From Synergistales bacterium (GTDB taxonomy: Bacteria; Synergistota; Synergistia; Synergistales; JAFGMB01), in contig OY762654.1 in assembly GCA_963666205.1 (NCBI GenBank), positions 383,899 to 447,898 on the forward strand: a stretch of 64,000 nt of DNA, read 5' to 3'. The translations under genes and the position numbers were made by a program. The notes under the pieces are model-generated. The model was not told where the DNA came from and ran no database searches. It saw only the letters and a program-made list of their open reading frames with translations. Of this stretch, positions 1 to 11,773 are shown piece by piece. Position 1 is the first letter of the stretch, and every line of letters starts with the position of its first letter.

Positions 1-1803
<1,803 letters not shown>

Positions 1804-2589
1804 TTACTCTCCACCCCATTTAAAGACCCTGCAGGAATTATTCCACACAGTATCTACAAAGTTTTCCAGATCCATATTCCGTAGCTGGGCAATAAACTGA
1901 AAGATATATACGACAAAGGATGGTTCGTTCACCTTACCTCTCTTGAATTGAGGTGCCAGATACGGGGAATCTGTTTCACAGAGCAATTTTTCCATGGGAA
2001 CCCTGCATGCTATCTCTTGAAGATCCTTGTTTTTTGGATAGGTGACCGGACCGGCAAAGGAAATATAGAACCCAAGGTCAAGAACTTTAACAGCGTCATC
2101 CCATGACCCTGAAAAACAGTGTATTATTCCGCCACAATCCTCGGCTTTCTCTGTTGTAAGGATATCAATCGCATCATCAAAGGACTCACGAATATGTACA
2201 ATTAGCGGTTTACCTACCCGTTTTGCAAGATCTATATGCCATGCCAGAGAATCTCGCTGTTGAGATCTTGGAGAAAGGTCATAGTGGTAGTCCAGACCTG
2301 TTTCTCCTATGGCACGGACACAGGATTCATGAGAAAGTGAAACCAGAACCTCAGGTATGCCACCCGGGATAGAACTGCTGTCATGGGGATGAACTCCTAC
2401 CGCGGCATACAGACCTGAAGAAGTAAAGTGCTTTGAAAGATTCACAGCCTTGATACTGCTATCAATATCTGCACCAACGATCATAATTCTTGTAATATTC
2501 TGATCGTTAGCTCTCTGGAGGATATTTTCCAGATCCTTTTCCATTTCTTCCGAATTCAGGTGACAGTGTGTATCGACAAGATTTAACAT
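1804..2589 (-). CDS. tatD: TatD family hydrolase
   Basis: DTHCHL, GVHPH, IGETGLDY, HCFSG, ETDSPYL motifs; conserved position after metG. Confidence 0.95.
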   Translation of the reverse strand: MLNLVDTHCHLNSEEMEKDLENILQRANDQNITRIMIVGADIDSSIKAVNLSKHFTSSGLYAAVGVHPHDSSSIPGGIPEVLVSLSHESCVRAIGETGLDYHYDLSPRSQQRDSLAWHIDLAKRVGKPLIVHIRESFDDAIDILTTEKAEDCGGIIHCFSGSWDDAVKVLDLGFYISFAGPVTYPKNKDLQEIACRVPMEKLLCETDSPYLAPQFKRGKVNEPSFVVYIFQFIAQLRNMDLENFVDTVWNNSCRVFKWGGE

Positions 2590-2612
2590 TAAGAGTACTC
2601 CTTTACTCTATA

Positions 2613-2649
2613 AACCTATAGGGCTTCCTCAGAGGAAGCCCTATAGGTT
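2613..2649. repeat. Perfect 18-bp inverted repeat (hairpin) between metG and tatD
   Basis: AACCTATAGGGCTTCCTC-A-GAGGAAGCCCTATAGGTT. Confidence 0.85.
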
Positions 2650-2686
2650 ATATATTTTATCCTTGCCTCAGGTTCCAGAAAATTAT

Positions 2687-4615
2687 CTAGCTGACCCGGC
2701 TTCCCAGTGGGATATCCCTATCCGGGGTCAGAAGGGCAAGCTCTTCCTTACCCTTTGGACTTGCAGCAAGAAGCATTCCATTGCTAAGTACACCTCTAAG
2801 TTTAGCAGGTTTGAGATTGCAGACTACTATAATTTTCTTTCCCAGAAGCTCTTCCTCTGAAAAATTCTCCTTGAGGCCTGAAACGATGGTCCTCTTTTCA
2901 TATCCAAGATCTATGCCAATTTTATAAAGTTTGTTAGCCTTTGGGATGCCTTCAATGGAAACGATCTGAGCAACCCTCATCTCCAGATTTCTGAAGTAAT
3001 CAATTTCAACTTCCTCTTCATGATCTCCAGGGTCAGTAATTATACCCTTTGACATATCCCTTTCTTCTTTTTCTTTCTTCCACTTGTCCATATCTATTCT
3101 TGGAAAAAGGATATTCCCTTTATTAACTGTGGCATTCTTCATGAGAGAACCCCAGTTGTAGTCAGCAAGGTTCTGTTCAAGTGGCAGACCTTCCTGTCCA
3201 AGCTGAATCCACATCTTCTCGGCAGTTTCAGGCATAAAGGGAGCTATAAGGAGACATGAGACAGACAGGATCTCATAAAGAACTGCCAGCACGGTATCAA
3301 GACGTTCAAGATTACCCTCCCGGCCCAGTTTCCAGGGCATAGTCTGATCGATATATTTATTACCCCTGCTGATAAGACTCCAGATGGTTTTAAGAACTTC
3401 ATCAAAAGCAAAGGACTCCATATTCGTTTCTACTTCTTTCAGGGCAAGCTCCATTGCAGTCTTGATTTCCAGATCCAGATCTTCAAGAATAGTGACAGAG
3501 GGAACAACATTTTCCCTGTAACCCTTGATCATCTGAAGTGTTCTGTTAAGAAGGTTTCCCAGATCATTGGCTAGATCCGAATTGATCCTCTGTACCATTG
3601 CCATTTCAGAAAAGTCTCCATCCAGTCCAAAGGGAACTTCTCTCAACAGGAAGTAACGGAATGCATCGACACCATATAGATCAGCCATTTCAAAAGGATC
3701 TACTACATTACCTTTTGACTTTGACATCTTCTCTCCTTCAACTGTCCACCAACCATGTGCAAATACCGTAACTGGCGGATTGACACCCAGCGCTATGAGC
3801 ATGATAGGCCAGACAACACAGTGAAAACGAATGATATCTTTCCCTACAAGATGCCTTACCTCAGGCCAATAGCGATCCATAAGATCTCCATCGGGATAGC
3901 CGCAGACCGTCAGATAGTTTATCAGGGCATCGAACCATACATAGATTACATGCTCCTCATCTCCAGGAACAGGAATTCCCCATTTGATGCTGGTCCTGGA
4001 GATGGACTGGTCGCGGAGTCCCCCTCTGATAAAACTAACTATTTCATTATATCGAGTCCTGGGCATTATGGATTTAAGATTATGTTCATAATAATCAAGC
4101 AACTCTTTTTCGTATTTTGATATTCTAAGGAAATAACTTTCTTCAGTCATTTTTTCAAGAGGTCGGCCGCAATCAGGACAGGTATTACCATCACCCATAC
4201 TGCTCTCCGGAACATAGGTTTCACAAGGTACACAATACCACCCTTCATAAGTACCTTTATAGATATCACCCTGTGACAGCAGTCTTTCAAATATCTTTTT
4301 AACCGTAATCTCATGACGTTTTTCTGTGGTACGGATAAAATCATCATTGGATATGTTCAAAACCTTCCAGAGGCTTTTGAAATTCTCGACGGTCTTATCG
4401 GCCAACTCAATGGCTGTCATATTCTTTTCAAGGGCACTTCTCTGTATCTTCTGACCATGTTCATCTGTCCCAGTGCAAAAGAAGACATCGTACCCACACA
4501 TTCTCTTATACCTGGATATAACATCTGCTGCGATGGTGGTATAGGCATGACCGATATGAGGAATATCATTCACATAATAAATCGGCGTAGTTATATAAAA
4601 GTTTTTGCTTGACAT
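2687..4615 (-). CDS. metG: Methionine--tRNA ligase with C-terminal tRNA-binding domain
   Basis: HIGH and KMSKS motifs, CxxC..CxxC knuckle, C-terminal OB fold (NLKPAKLRGVLSNGMLLAA). Confidence 0.98.
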   Translation of the reverse strand: MSSKNFYITTPIYYVNDIPHIGHAYTTIAADVISRYKRMCGYDVFFCTGTDEHGQKIQRSALEKNMTAIELADKTVENFKSLWKVLNISNDDFIRTTEKRHEITVKKIFERLLSQGDIYKGTYEGWYCVPCETYVPESSMGDGNTCPDCGRPLEKMTEESYFLRISKYEKELLDYYEHNLKSIMPRTRYNEIVSFIRGGLRDQSISRTSIKWGIPVPGDEEHVIYVWFDALINYLTVCGYPDGDLMDRYWPEVRHLVGKDIIRFHCVVWPIMLIALGVNPPVTVFAHGWWTVEGEKMSKSKGNVVDPFEMADLYGVDAFRYFLLREVPFGLDGDFSEMAMVQRINSDLANDLGNLLNRTLQMIKGYRENVVPSVTILEDLDLEIKTAMELALKEVETNMESFAFDEVLKTIWSLISRGNKYIDQTMPWKLGREGNLERLDTVLAVLYEILSVSCLLIAPFMPETAEKMWIQLGQEGLPLEQNLADYNWGSLMKNATVNKGNILFPRIDMDKWKKEKEERDMSKGIITDPGDHEEEVEIDYFRNLEMRVAQIVSIEGIPKANKLYKIGIDLGYEKRTIVSGLKENFSEEELLGKKIIVVCNLKPAKLRGVLSNGMLLAASPKGKEELALLTPDRDIPLGSRVS

Positions 4616-4679
4616 AGTTATGCCTCCTTCCGAATCTCCATGAAAATATATTTATAAATCGTAACTGACCGATCAATAT

Positions 4680-5504
4680 TCAGTCAGTGTTTTCAAGAAT
4701 GAATTTCTTTATCCTGTTCTTCGGTAAATCGTATCTTTTCTGGATATGGAGAACTATATTCTTTACAGACATGCCTGATCCCAGAAGATCTAATACCTCA
4801 GCATTCCACTCTTTTTCATCAGAATTAACGTTAATCGGAGCCTCATCCACAACCAGAACCAGCTCTCCCTTTATGCCTCCTCTGTCACTTATATAAAATA
4901 TAAGTTCAGAGAGGGACATTTTAAGTGTTTCCTGATAGATCTTGCTTATTTCCCTGGATAAGGCACATCTACGTTCACCAAAGACCTGGGCCATATCCTC
5001 AAGGTGCTTCACTGCTTTATGTGGCGAAAGGAAGAAAATAACAGGCCACGAAATGTCTTTGAACTTTTCCAGATATCTGATCCTCTCTCCTTTTTTATCA
5101 GGAAGAAACCCTACAAAGGTAAAAGGATGGGGTTGAAATCCAGAAAAGAGAACAGCTGGAATGATCGCAGATGCACCAGGTAGAACATCTACCTGAATAC
5201 CCTCATCAAGTGCGGCCTTAATAATAACATAGCCTGGATCAGAAATTCCCGGTGTTCCTGCATCTGAAACAAGTGCCACTTTTCTGTCTTCCTTCAGGAT
5301 CCTGAGAAGGTATGAAGTTCTGGCCTTTTCATTATGTTCATAGTAGGATACAAGTCTGTTTCTGATCTCGAAATGCTGCAAAAGTCTAGAGGTTTTTCGG
5401 GTATCTTCACAGGCTATAAGATCCGCATCTTTCAAAACTTCAAGGGCCCTCAGAGTGATATCTCCCAGATTACCTATAGGAGTCGGTACAACGATCAAAG
5501 GCAT
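4680..5504 (-). CDS. rsmI: 16S rRNA C1402 2'-O-methyltransferase
   Basis: VPTPIGNLGDITLRAL, ACEDTR, VSDAGTPGISDPG. Confidence 0.95.
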   Translation of the reverse strand: MPLIVVPTPIGNLGDITLRALEVLKDADLIACEDTRKTSRLLQHFEIRNRLVSYYEHNEKARTSYLLRILKEDRKVALVSDAGTPGISDPGYVIIKAALDEGIQVDVLPGASAIIPAVLFSGFQPHPFTFVGFLPDKKGERIRYLEKFKDISWPVIFFLSPHKAVKHLEDMAQVFGERRCALSREISKIYQETLKMSLSELIFYISDRGGIKGELVLVVDEAPINVNSDEKEWNAEVLDLLGSGMSVKNIVLHIQKRYDLPKNRIKKFILENTD

Positions 5505-6238
5505 GGACTATCCTCCAATGAATAAGCTCTCTTCAGCTCTTCTGTATATTGTCCACTTTCATTACACACCAGTAACGGAGGGTCTAGAATTAAACCTTCA
5601 CCAGCGTTTTTACAGGCGTAGATCAGTGCAATTGAAGCTCTTTTGCCCGGAGAGGGGTAAACAGGTCTGAACCTTTTAACCATAGTTTTATTTTTAACCA
5701 GAAGAGACATTAGTTCATCTACCCGTCCGGCGTTAAAAATAAGGTAAAGACGCCCTTTGTTTCGAAGAAGATAAGTTGCGGCAACAATTACATCCTGAAG
5801 GGTACATGACAAACCGTGATTAGCTACAGCTTTACCCTCATCAGAACTTGGTCTGTTACGTGATTTTTCAAAATATGGAGGATTGGCAATTACAACATCA
5901 AATGATTGAGGCTTGTATATATTAGATATATTCCTTAGATCTCCCTGTCTAAATCTCACTCTATTCTCAAGATTGTTTTTTTGAATATTCTCCACACCAA
6001 GGGACCAAAGGTCTTTCTGTATCTCCAATCCCTCTATAAGTCGGGCTGAAGGATACCGCAGAGCTAGAAGGAGGGAAACGGCTCCATGTGCACTACCCAA
6101 CTCAATAGCATTCTCTCCGGATTTGATCTTGGCAAAAGCGGAGAGAAGAACCGTATCAATGTTGACACGAGGTCCATACAAGGGCTGAAACAATTGAAGT
6201 TTTCCATAAAGTATATCGTCACATGTTCTATCTGTCAT
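5495..6238 (-). CDS. tRNA1(Val) A37 N6-methyltransferase family (TrmN6/YfiC/YabB)
   Basis: ELGSAHGA SAM-binding motif and NPPYF amino-MTase motif; ATG at 6238 overlaps the smc stop (ATGA); adjacent to rsmI. Confidence 0.85.
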   Translation of the reverse strand: MTDRTCDDILYGKLQLFQPLYGPRVNIDTVLLSAFAKIKSGENAIELGSAHGAVSLLLALRYPSARLIEGLEIQKDLWSLGVENIQKNNLENRVRFRQGDLRNISNIYKPQSFDVVIANPPYFEKSRNRPSSDEGKAVANHGLSCTLQDVIVAATYLLRNKGRLYLIFNAGRVDELMSLLVKNKTMVKRFRPVYPSPGKRASIALIYACKNAGEGLILDPPLLVCNESGQYTEELKRAYSLEDSPCL

Positions 6239-9200
6239 TTCCAATCATCCAGTTTAACGCCAACAATCTGCGACAGACCGGGCTCTTTCATTGTAACACC
6301 ATACATTATGTTGGCATTTTCCATGGTTATCCTTCTATGGGTCATAATAACGAGTTGAAGAGATGCAGAGTAATCCAGTATTAGATCAACAAACCTTCCA
6401 AGGTTAACATCATCCAGAGCAGCATCCACTTCATCAAGAATCGCAAGAGGGACTTCTGCCACCTCCATAGATGCAAAAAGAAGCGAAATCGCTGTCAGAG
6501 ATTGCTCCCCCCCCGATAACTGATTGAGGTTCTGCATTTTTTTGCCAGGAGGCCTGGCGATGATATCGACGCCACAATCCCAGATAGAACCGCTTTCCTG
6601 TATTGTCAGATGTGCTTCTCCTCCCCCAAAAAGTCTTTTAAACAGAGTGTCAAACCTCTTATCAACTTTCTGGAGAGCACCTCGAAAAATCTGTTCAACC
6701 TGTTTATCAAGGTTCTCGATCATATTTTTTAACTGACCTGAACCAGTCATGATATCATGAATCTGTTCTTCAAGGTAAGATATCCGTTCCCTCAGAGAAG
6801 AATCTTCAGATAAACATCCCTGGTCAATTTCACCAAACCCTCTAATCTTCTTTTCAAGTACCCTGATCCTGTTCTGGAGAACTGTCAGATCGGCTTGCGA
6901 TAGATCCATATCGCCCTGTGTGGGGAATTTTTCTCCCCACATCTCCAAAAGCTGTTCCATATCCCGTTGTACAGATACTCTCTCATTCTCAAGTCTGTTC
7001 TGATCATTTTCAAGCAATCGCAGTATTTCAGAAGCCGCATTATATCTGGAAGTGATAGAACCCAGTTTCCTTTCAAAGTTTTCCATGGATTCCCGGTCAA
7101 GTCTAAGCTTCAATCTCTCGGCATTAAGGTCAGTCCATAACTCAAGCCCATTCAGTCCATTATTTTTAAGTTTTTTCAAGGATTCGATATTCAGGGCTTC
7201 AAGGTTATGTTTTTCAGACTGGATCTCCAATAGCGTTCTTTCAAGTCTGGTTTTCTCTTCCTCTATTCTTTGTATTATCTGGTTGGAAGATTTCAACTTT
7301 TCTTTCAGAAGGTTAACCTTATTCTGTTCCTGGGACAGCTGCACTTTCATTTCACTTATATCGGTACTATCAAGGGTATCACTTACCATCTTGATGCCAA
7401 GAGATCTATATTCAAGCTGAATCTTACGTCTTTCTTTCCAGAATCGGATAAGATTAGCTCTTGATTTAACCCTGGAATCTCGAACATTGTTCAGTTCGGT
7501 CGTGAATGAAGATAATTGAATATCATTCTGTTTAAGGGAAGAACTCAAGTCACGTAATTGCAGATTCACATTTTCCTTCAGTTCTGCAAAGTCTTGTTCT
7601 TGTTTTTCAAGATGTTCAAGTTCAATAGCAAGCATTTTTATCCTTGAGATATTTTCTTCAAAAACAGTTTTTTTCTTTTCAAGTTCAAGCTTCTGTTCAA
7701 CGATCCCTGGCCCTTTTCGCCTGAATCCACCTGATACATGACCTTGAGGCGAAAAAACCTCTCCATCCAGAGTGACTACTGGGAAACGCACCTTACGAGA
7801 AACAAGTTCCCTGGCATTAAAAAAGGTTTCGACAAATAAGACATCCCCCATAAGATGCTCCAAAGCCGGCAACCATTTACTCTCTACAGATATCAGATCT
7901 ATAGCCCATCCGATAACACCTGGCTTATGGTCAAGATCAGATCCATTGTGCAACTTGGGTCTGCATCGATCCAAAGGAAGCATGGTGACCCTTCCTGTTC
8001 CTCTTTTCTTGAGATAATCAATGCAGATCTGGGCTTCGTCCATATTGTCTACCATTAGCCAGAATAGTCTTCCTCCAAGAAAAGAATCCAATGCTTGAGC
8101 TAATCTTTCAGGAGCGGTAAAGACTTCTATTAAAGGGACAGGTGAAACCTCGAGTCTGCCAAGTCGTGACCCTGAGGTAAGAAAACGAACTGGTTCAGGG
8201 TACCCCTTTTCCTCAACAGTCGTTCGCAGATCCTCAAGAAAAACTTCAAGATCTCTTTGTTCTTTTTTAAGGATCTGAAGATTACCTGCGATATTTCGAC
8301 ATTGTGCAAAGGTCTGGGAATGTTGATCCGTCAATGAAAGAGTTCTTGAAGCAAGTAAGTCCTGTTTTTCTCTCTGGTTCCTCCCTTTTTCCTCCAGTTC
8401 CAATATTTCCTGTTCAAGCTGTTTTTCCCGATTGGTCAGATTCCTGAGGGATCTTATAATTGTTTCTATTTTTACTGTTATCTGACCTTTCTGTTGACGC
8501 AATTCAGTAAAGTGTCTTGTCTGATCTCTCCTCTGTTTTTCCTTCTCTTCAAAGATTTTCTCTTTAAAAGCACACTCATCTTTAAGCAAATTGAGAACAG
8601 AAAGTCTGTTTTGGAGATCAGACTGCAAAGTCTGTAACCCTTCAGATGATGATTGTGTTTCTTTTTTCAGAGCAGTCAGGTCTTCCTGTAATTGGCGCTC
8701 TTCTTTGTTTATGATATCTATCCGCTGTCGGGCATTCTTCAGCGATGTTGCAGTTATGAAACATTGACGGAACATGTTCTCTCTCGCAGTAAGTATTTTG
8801 TCAATAGTTTCATAACGAAGGTTTAGGTCTTCTTCTATTTCCTTTTTCTTCCCTCGGTATTTCTGTAAAGATCTGCTCCACAGATCACTCCAGAACATTC
8901 TTCCTGCAGCTTCATTCTGGAGTTTTTTTTCTTTTACAGACAGACTCTCATCTTTTGTTTTTAAAAAAGATATCCTCGTGAAATAATAAAGTTTTCTCTG
9001 TTCTTCAAGCTCTTCAAGAATAACTCTTACCTGAGATGCTTTTTTGACGTGAGGTTCTATCTGTTTTCTTCGACTCTGCAGTTCAGACATCAGAGTCTGA
9101 AGTCTCAATAACTCTGAAGAAGCGAGATCAAGCTTTCTATTCGCTTCATCTCGTTTCTTACGGTATTTATCGATCCCAAAAAGGCTTTCCAGATGAAGAC

Positions 9201-9651
9201 GTCTCTGGAAGGGTCTGTGTCTTATGGCTTCAGCGACTTCACCCTGACCGATAAAGGCAAACTGTTCCCCTTCAAGTCTGAATCCGGATTTTATCTCCTG
9301 GAGGTCCTGAAGACGGACTTTTTGGCCATCAACCATGAACAGGGTCCCATTAACCGTGGAATATGTTCTGCGAATTGTAACTGATTTGGATATATCAGAG
9401 AGTTGAATTATCGTCTCAGCCTCATTCGAGGGAGACATACTTATACTCCCCTGAAATAGAAGATCACTCTGTCTCTGTATCCTTAGCCTTGCTGGAGTCG
9501 GATCCCCCAGAACCCATCGAATAGCATCCAGGATATTACTCTTTCCACTCCCATTTGGGCCAACAATGGCAGTGTAACCTGGGGATAATTCTATTTCATG
9601 GCTTCCTCCAAAACTTTTAAATCCCTTAAGACGAAGACGACTGATGTACAA
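6235..9651 (-). CDS. smc: Chromosome segregation protein SMC
   Basis: GFKSF, Walker A GPNGSGKSN, long coiled coils, hinge GxxxGG (GHVSGG), LSGGE signature, Walker B LDEVDAALD. Confidence 0.93.
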   Translation of the reverse strand: MYISRLRLKGFKSFGGSHEIELSPGYTAIVGPNGSGKSNILDAIRWVLGDPTPARLRIQRQSDLLFQGSISMSPSNEAETIIQLSDISKSVTIRRTYSTVNGTLFMVDGQKVRLQDLQEIKSGFRLEGEQFAFIGQGEVAEAIRHRPFQRRLHLESLFGIDKYRKKRDEANRKLDLASSELLRLQTLMSELQSRRKQIEPHVKKASQVRVILEELEEQRKLYYFTRISFLKTKDESLSVKEKKLQNEAAGRMFWSDLWSRSLQKYRGKKKEIEEDLNLRYETIDKILTARENMFRQCFITATSLKNARQRIDIINKEERQLQEDLTALKKETQSSSEGLQTLQSDLQNRLSVLNLLKDECAFKEKIFEEKEKQRRDQTRHFTELRQQKGQITVKIETIIRSLRNLTNREKQLEQEILELEEKGRNQREKQDLLASRTLSLTDQHSQTFAQCRNIAGNLQILKKEQRDLEVFLEDLRTTVEEKGYPEPVRFLTSGSRLGRLEVSPVPLIEVFTAPERLAQALDSFLGGRLFWLMVDNMDEAQICIDYLKKRGTGRVTMLPLDRCRPKLHNGSDLDHKPGVIGWAIDLISVESKWLPALEHLMGDVLFVETFFNARELVSRKVRFPVVTLDGEVFSPQGHVSGGFRRKGPGIVEQKLELEKKKTVFEENISRIKMLAIELEHLEKQEQDFAELKENVNLQLRDLSSSLKQNDIQLSSFTTELNNVRDSRVKSRANLIRFWKERRKIQLEYRSLGIKMVSDTLDSTDISEMKVQLSQEQNKVNLLKEKLKSSNQIIQRIEEEKTRLERTLLEIQSEKHNLEALNIESLKKLKNNGLNGLELWTDLNAERLKLRLDRESMENFERKLGSITSRYNAASEILRLLENDQNRLENERVSVQRDMEQLLEMWGEKFPTQGDMDLSQADLTVLQNRIRVLEKKIRGFGEIDQGCLSEDSSLRERISYLEEQIHDIMTGSGQLKNMIENLDKQVEQIFRGALQKVDKRFDTLFKRLFGGGEAHLTIQESGSIWDCGVDIIARPPGKKMQNLNQLSGGEQSLTAISLLFASMEVAEVPLAILDEVDAALDDVNLGRFVDLILDYSASLQLVIMTHRRITMENANIMYGVTMKEPGLSQIVGVKLDDWK

Positions 9652-11122
9652 CTACCATAGCCTCCCGAACCTTCAATAATGAAAGTTTATGTTCGATCTG
9701 ATCCAATGGACCCTGATAATCAAGTCTGTACTTACTCCAGGAAAATTCGGGTTCCTCCTTGATAAAGATCTTCCTGTCCAGTTCCTCTTCCCATCCATTC
9801 AGATATGTCTCAGCAATGTATCTGGCTATAACAGGATGTGTTTCAAGAAGAAGGGCTTCGGATCTGTTTGAATGTATAACCTTTCGAAGGAACCTTTTGA
9901 TCCCTACCGCAATACTGTCCTCTTTCAATACCCATCCATATCCGCCGCAGAAGGGACATCCCCTCGTGAGAGTAGCACGGATATCCTGTCTCGCCCGTTT
10001 TCTTGTTATCTCGACTAATCCCAGTTGGGTTACCCCAAAGATTTTAGCTTTATATCGATCACCTTGAAATACTACTTCAAGCCTACTGATGAGCAAGTTA
10101 CGATCTTCTTCATGATCCATGTCTATAAAGTCAATAACAACAATTCCGCCTATCGCACGAACCCTGAGTTGACGAGCGATCTCTTCTACTGCTTCAAGAT
10201 TGGTGTTCAGAACTGTATGCCTTAGATCCTTACTGCCGATATATTTGCCGGTGTTAACATCGATAAGGGTAAGAGCCTCAGCCTGATCGATAACAAGATA
10301 AGCACCTGATCTTAACCAGACCTTTTTGTCCAGAATAGTTTCAAGTTCTCTTTCTATACCATAGGATTCAAAGATCGGGATCGACCCTCTGTAGAGATCT
10401 ATTTCAGGACAACGTCCCCTGGATATTTTATCAAGATGGTCAGCTATTCTGTCATATTCCTCCTGGTTATCTACCACAATCTCCGAAACATCTTCAGTAA
10501 GCTCATCCCTGAGGATTCGACCGACAAGGCCCAGATCTCTATAAATAAGACAGGGGGCACTCTGTGTTATTGAATTATGTTCAATTTCTTTCCATAATCC
10601 GATCAGATACTCCAAATCGTTGATCAGGTCAGTTTCTTCGACGCCATCAGCAGCAGTTCTTATAATTATCCCAAAACCATCTTTCCTGATACGTTTGGCA
10701 ATACTCCTGAGCCTCTCCCGTTCGTCTTCATTGTCTATTCTTTTTGATACCCCTATCTCATGACCACCTGGAACCACGACAAGATAACGTCCCGGAAGAG
10801 ATATTCTTGCAGTAACTCTTGCACCTTTATTCTTTCTGGCTGTTTTGACCACCTGCACTACTACCTGATCGTTAGGTTTGAGGTCAAGACCTCTGGCATC
10901 GTTAAGATAAAGAAAAGCGTTTCTGCCATCTCCGAGACTTACAAAAGCAGCATGAATGCCAGGAAGAACACTTTCAACGCGAGCGGTATATATTTCACCA
11001 GTTTTCTGTCGTTCCCACATTCGTTCATAAAAAATATCCTGAAGTTTTCCATCTTCCAGGATGGCAACACGCATTTCCTCACTATCTATTGTATTTGCAA
11101 TAATTTTTCTATCTATTGACAA
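9626..11122 (-). CDS. Ribonuclease E/G family endoribonuclease
   Basis: S1 domain (AAFVSLG), IDVNTG, GGIVVIDFIDM, CPFCGG Zn-link. Confidence 0.95.
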   Translation of the reverse strand: MSIDRKIIANTIDSEEMRVAILEDGKLQDIFYERMWERQKTGEIYTARVESVLPGIHAAFVSLGDGRNAFLYLNDARGLDLKPNDQVVVQVVKTARKNKGARVTARISLPGRYLVVVPGGHEIGVSKRIDNEDERERLRSIAKRIRKDGFGIIIRTAADGVEETDLINDLEYLIGLWKEIEHNSITQSAPCLIYRDLGLVGRILRDELTEDVSEIVVDNQEEYDRIADHLDKISRGRCPEIDLYRGSIPIFESYGIERELETILDKKVWLRSGAYLVIDQAEALTLIDVNTGKYIGSKDLRHTVLNTNLEAVEEIARQLRVRAIGGIVVIDFIDMDHEEDRNLLISRLEVVFQGDRYKAKIFGVTQLGLVEITRKRARQDIRATLTRGCPFCGGYGWVLKEDSIAVGIKRFLRKVIHSNRSEALLLETHPVIARYIAETYLNGWEEELDRKIFIKEEPEFSWSKYRLDYQGPLDQIEHKLSLLKVREAMVVVHQSSSS

Positions 11123-11152
11123 GGCAGTTACCTCCCTGAATAACGGAGGGTT

Positions 11153-11773
11153 TCATCGATCTTCTCCAATCAATGAAAGAACAGCAGAACCGTTCCACTC
11201 TCCAACAATTGATCTTACAAGACAGATCTCTGACCATTCCTGAATAATTCCTTTTGCCTTAAAATACTTGATCAGAACACTGGGACCCAATCCTCCCGGA
11301 TTGGATAAAACAATAGTTACAGAGTCGTTTGCCCGTGAACAGTACAGAATAGATTCCTCGAAGGGTGGGGCCTGGTTCAAAGCCAGGAACATAGATGGAA
11401 CATTCTTGGCATCTCTTGGAATTAAAATATAGGAAGCCGATCCACATTTTTTATTGAGGGATGGCCCTTCTACTTCAATCGAACAATCTATTTCAAGTCC
11501 CTCTGGTAGATGGTCATTCAGTCTAGAAGCAAAGGATTCAACCCTGTTCCCGAACCAGACCTCTGCCGGTTCTTCAAGTGCAACTATACCAACGGGTAGT
11601 GCTGGACCAAGGGTTATCCTGGGACGGGGAGAGAAGCCTTGTGACATAAGGGGCTTCATACCTGCTCTACGTAAAGATCTGTAAAAGACCTGAGGCAGAA
11701 CAACATGGGGGATGAAACAGGTTCTACCCCTTTTTGAATATGTAAACCTTATCCTGAAAACAGAATCAGACAT
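11153..11773 (-). CDS. TIGR03936/DUF2344 radical SAM-associated protein
   Basis: RFTYSK..FIPH....RSLRRAG..SQGFSPRP.I.LGPALPVG..E pattern; overlaps the upstream radical SAM gene. Confidence 0.85.
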   Translation of the reverse strand: MSDSVFRIRFTYSKRGRTCFIPHVVLPQVFYRSLRRAGMKPLMSQGFSPRPRITLGPALPVGIVALEEPAEVWFGNRVESFASRLNDHLPEGLEIDCSIEVEGPSLNKKCGSASYILIPRDAKNVPSMFLALNQAPPFEESILYCSRANDSVTIVLSNPGGLGPSVLIKYFKAKGIIQEWSEICLVRSIVGEWNGSAVLSLIGEDR

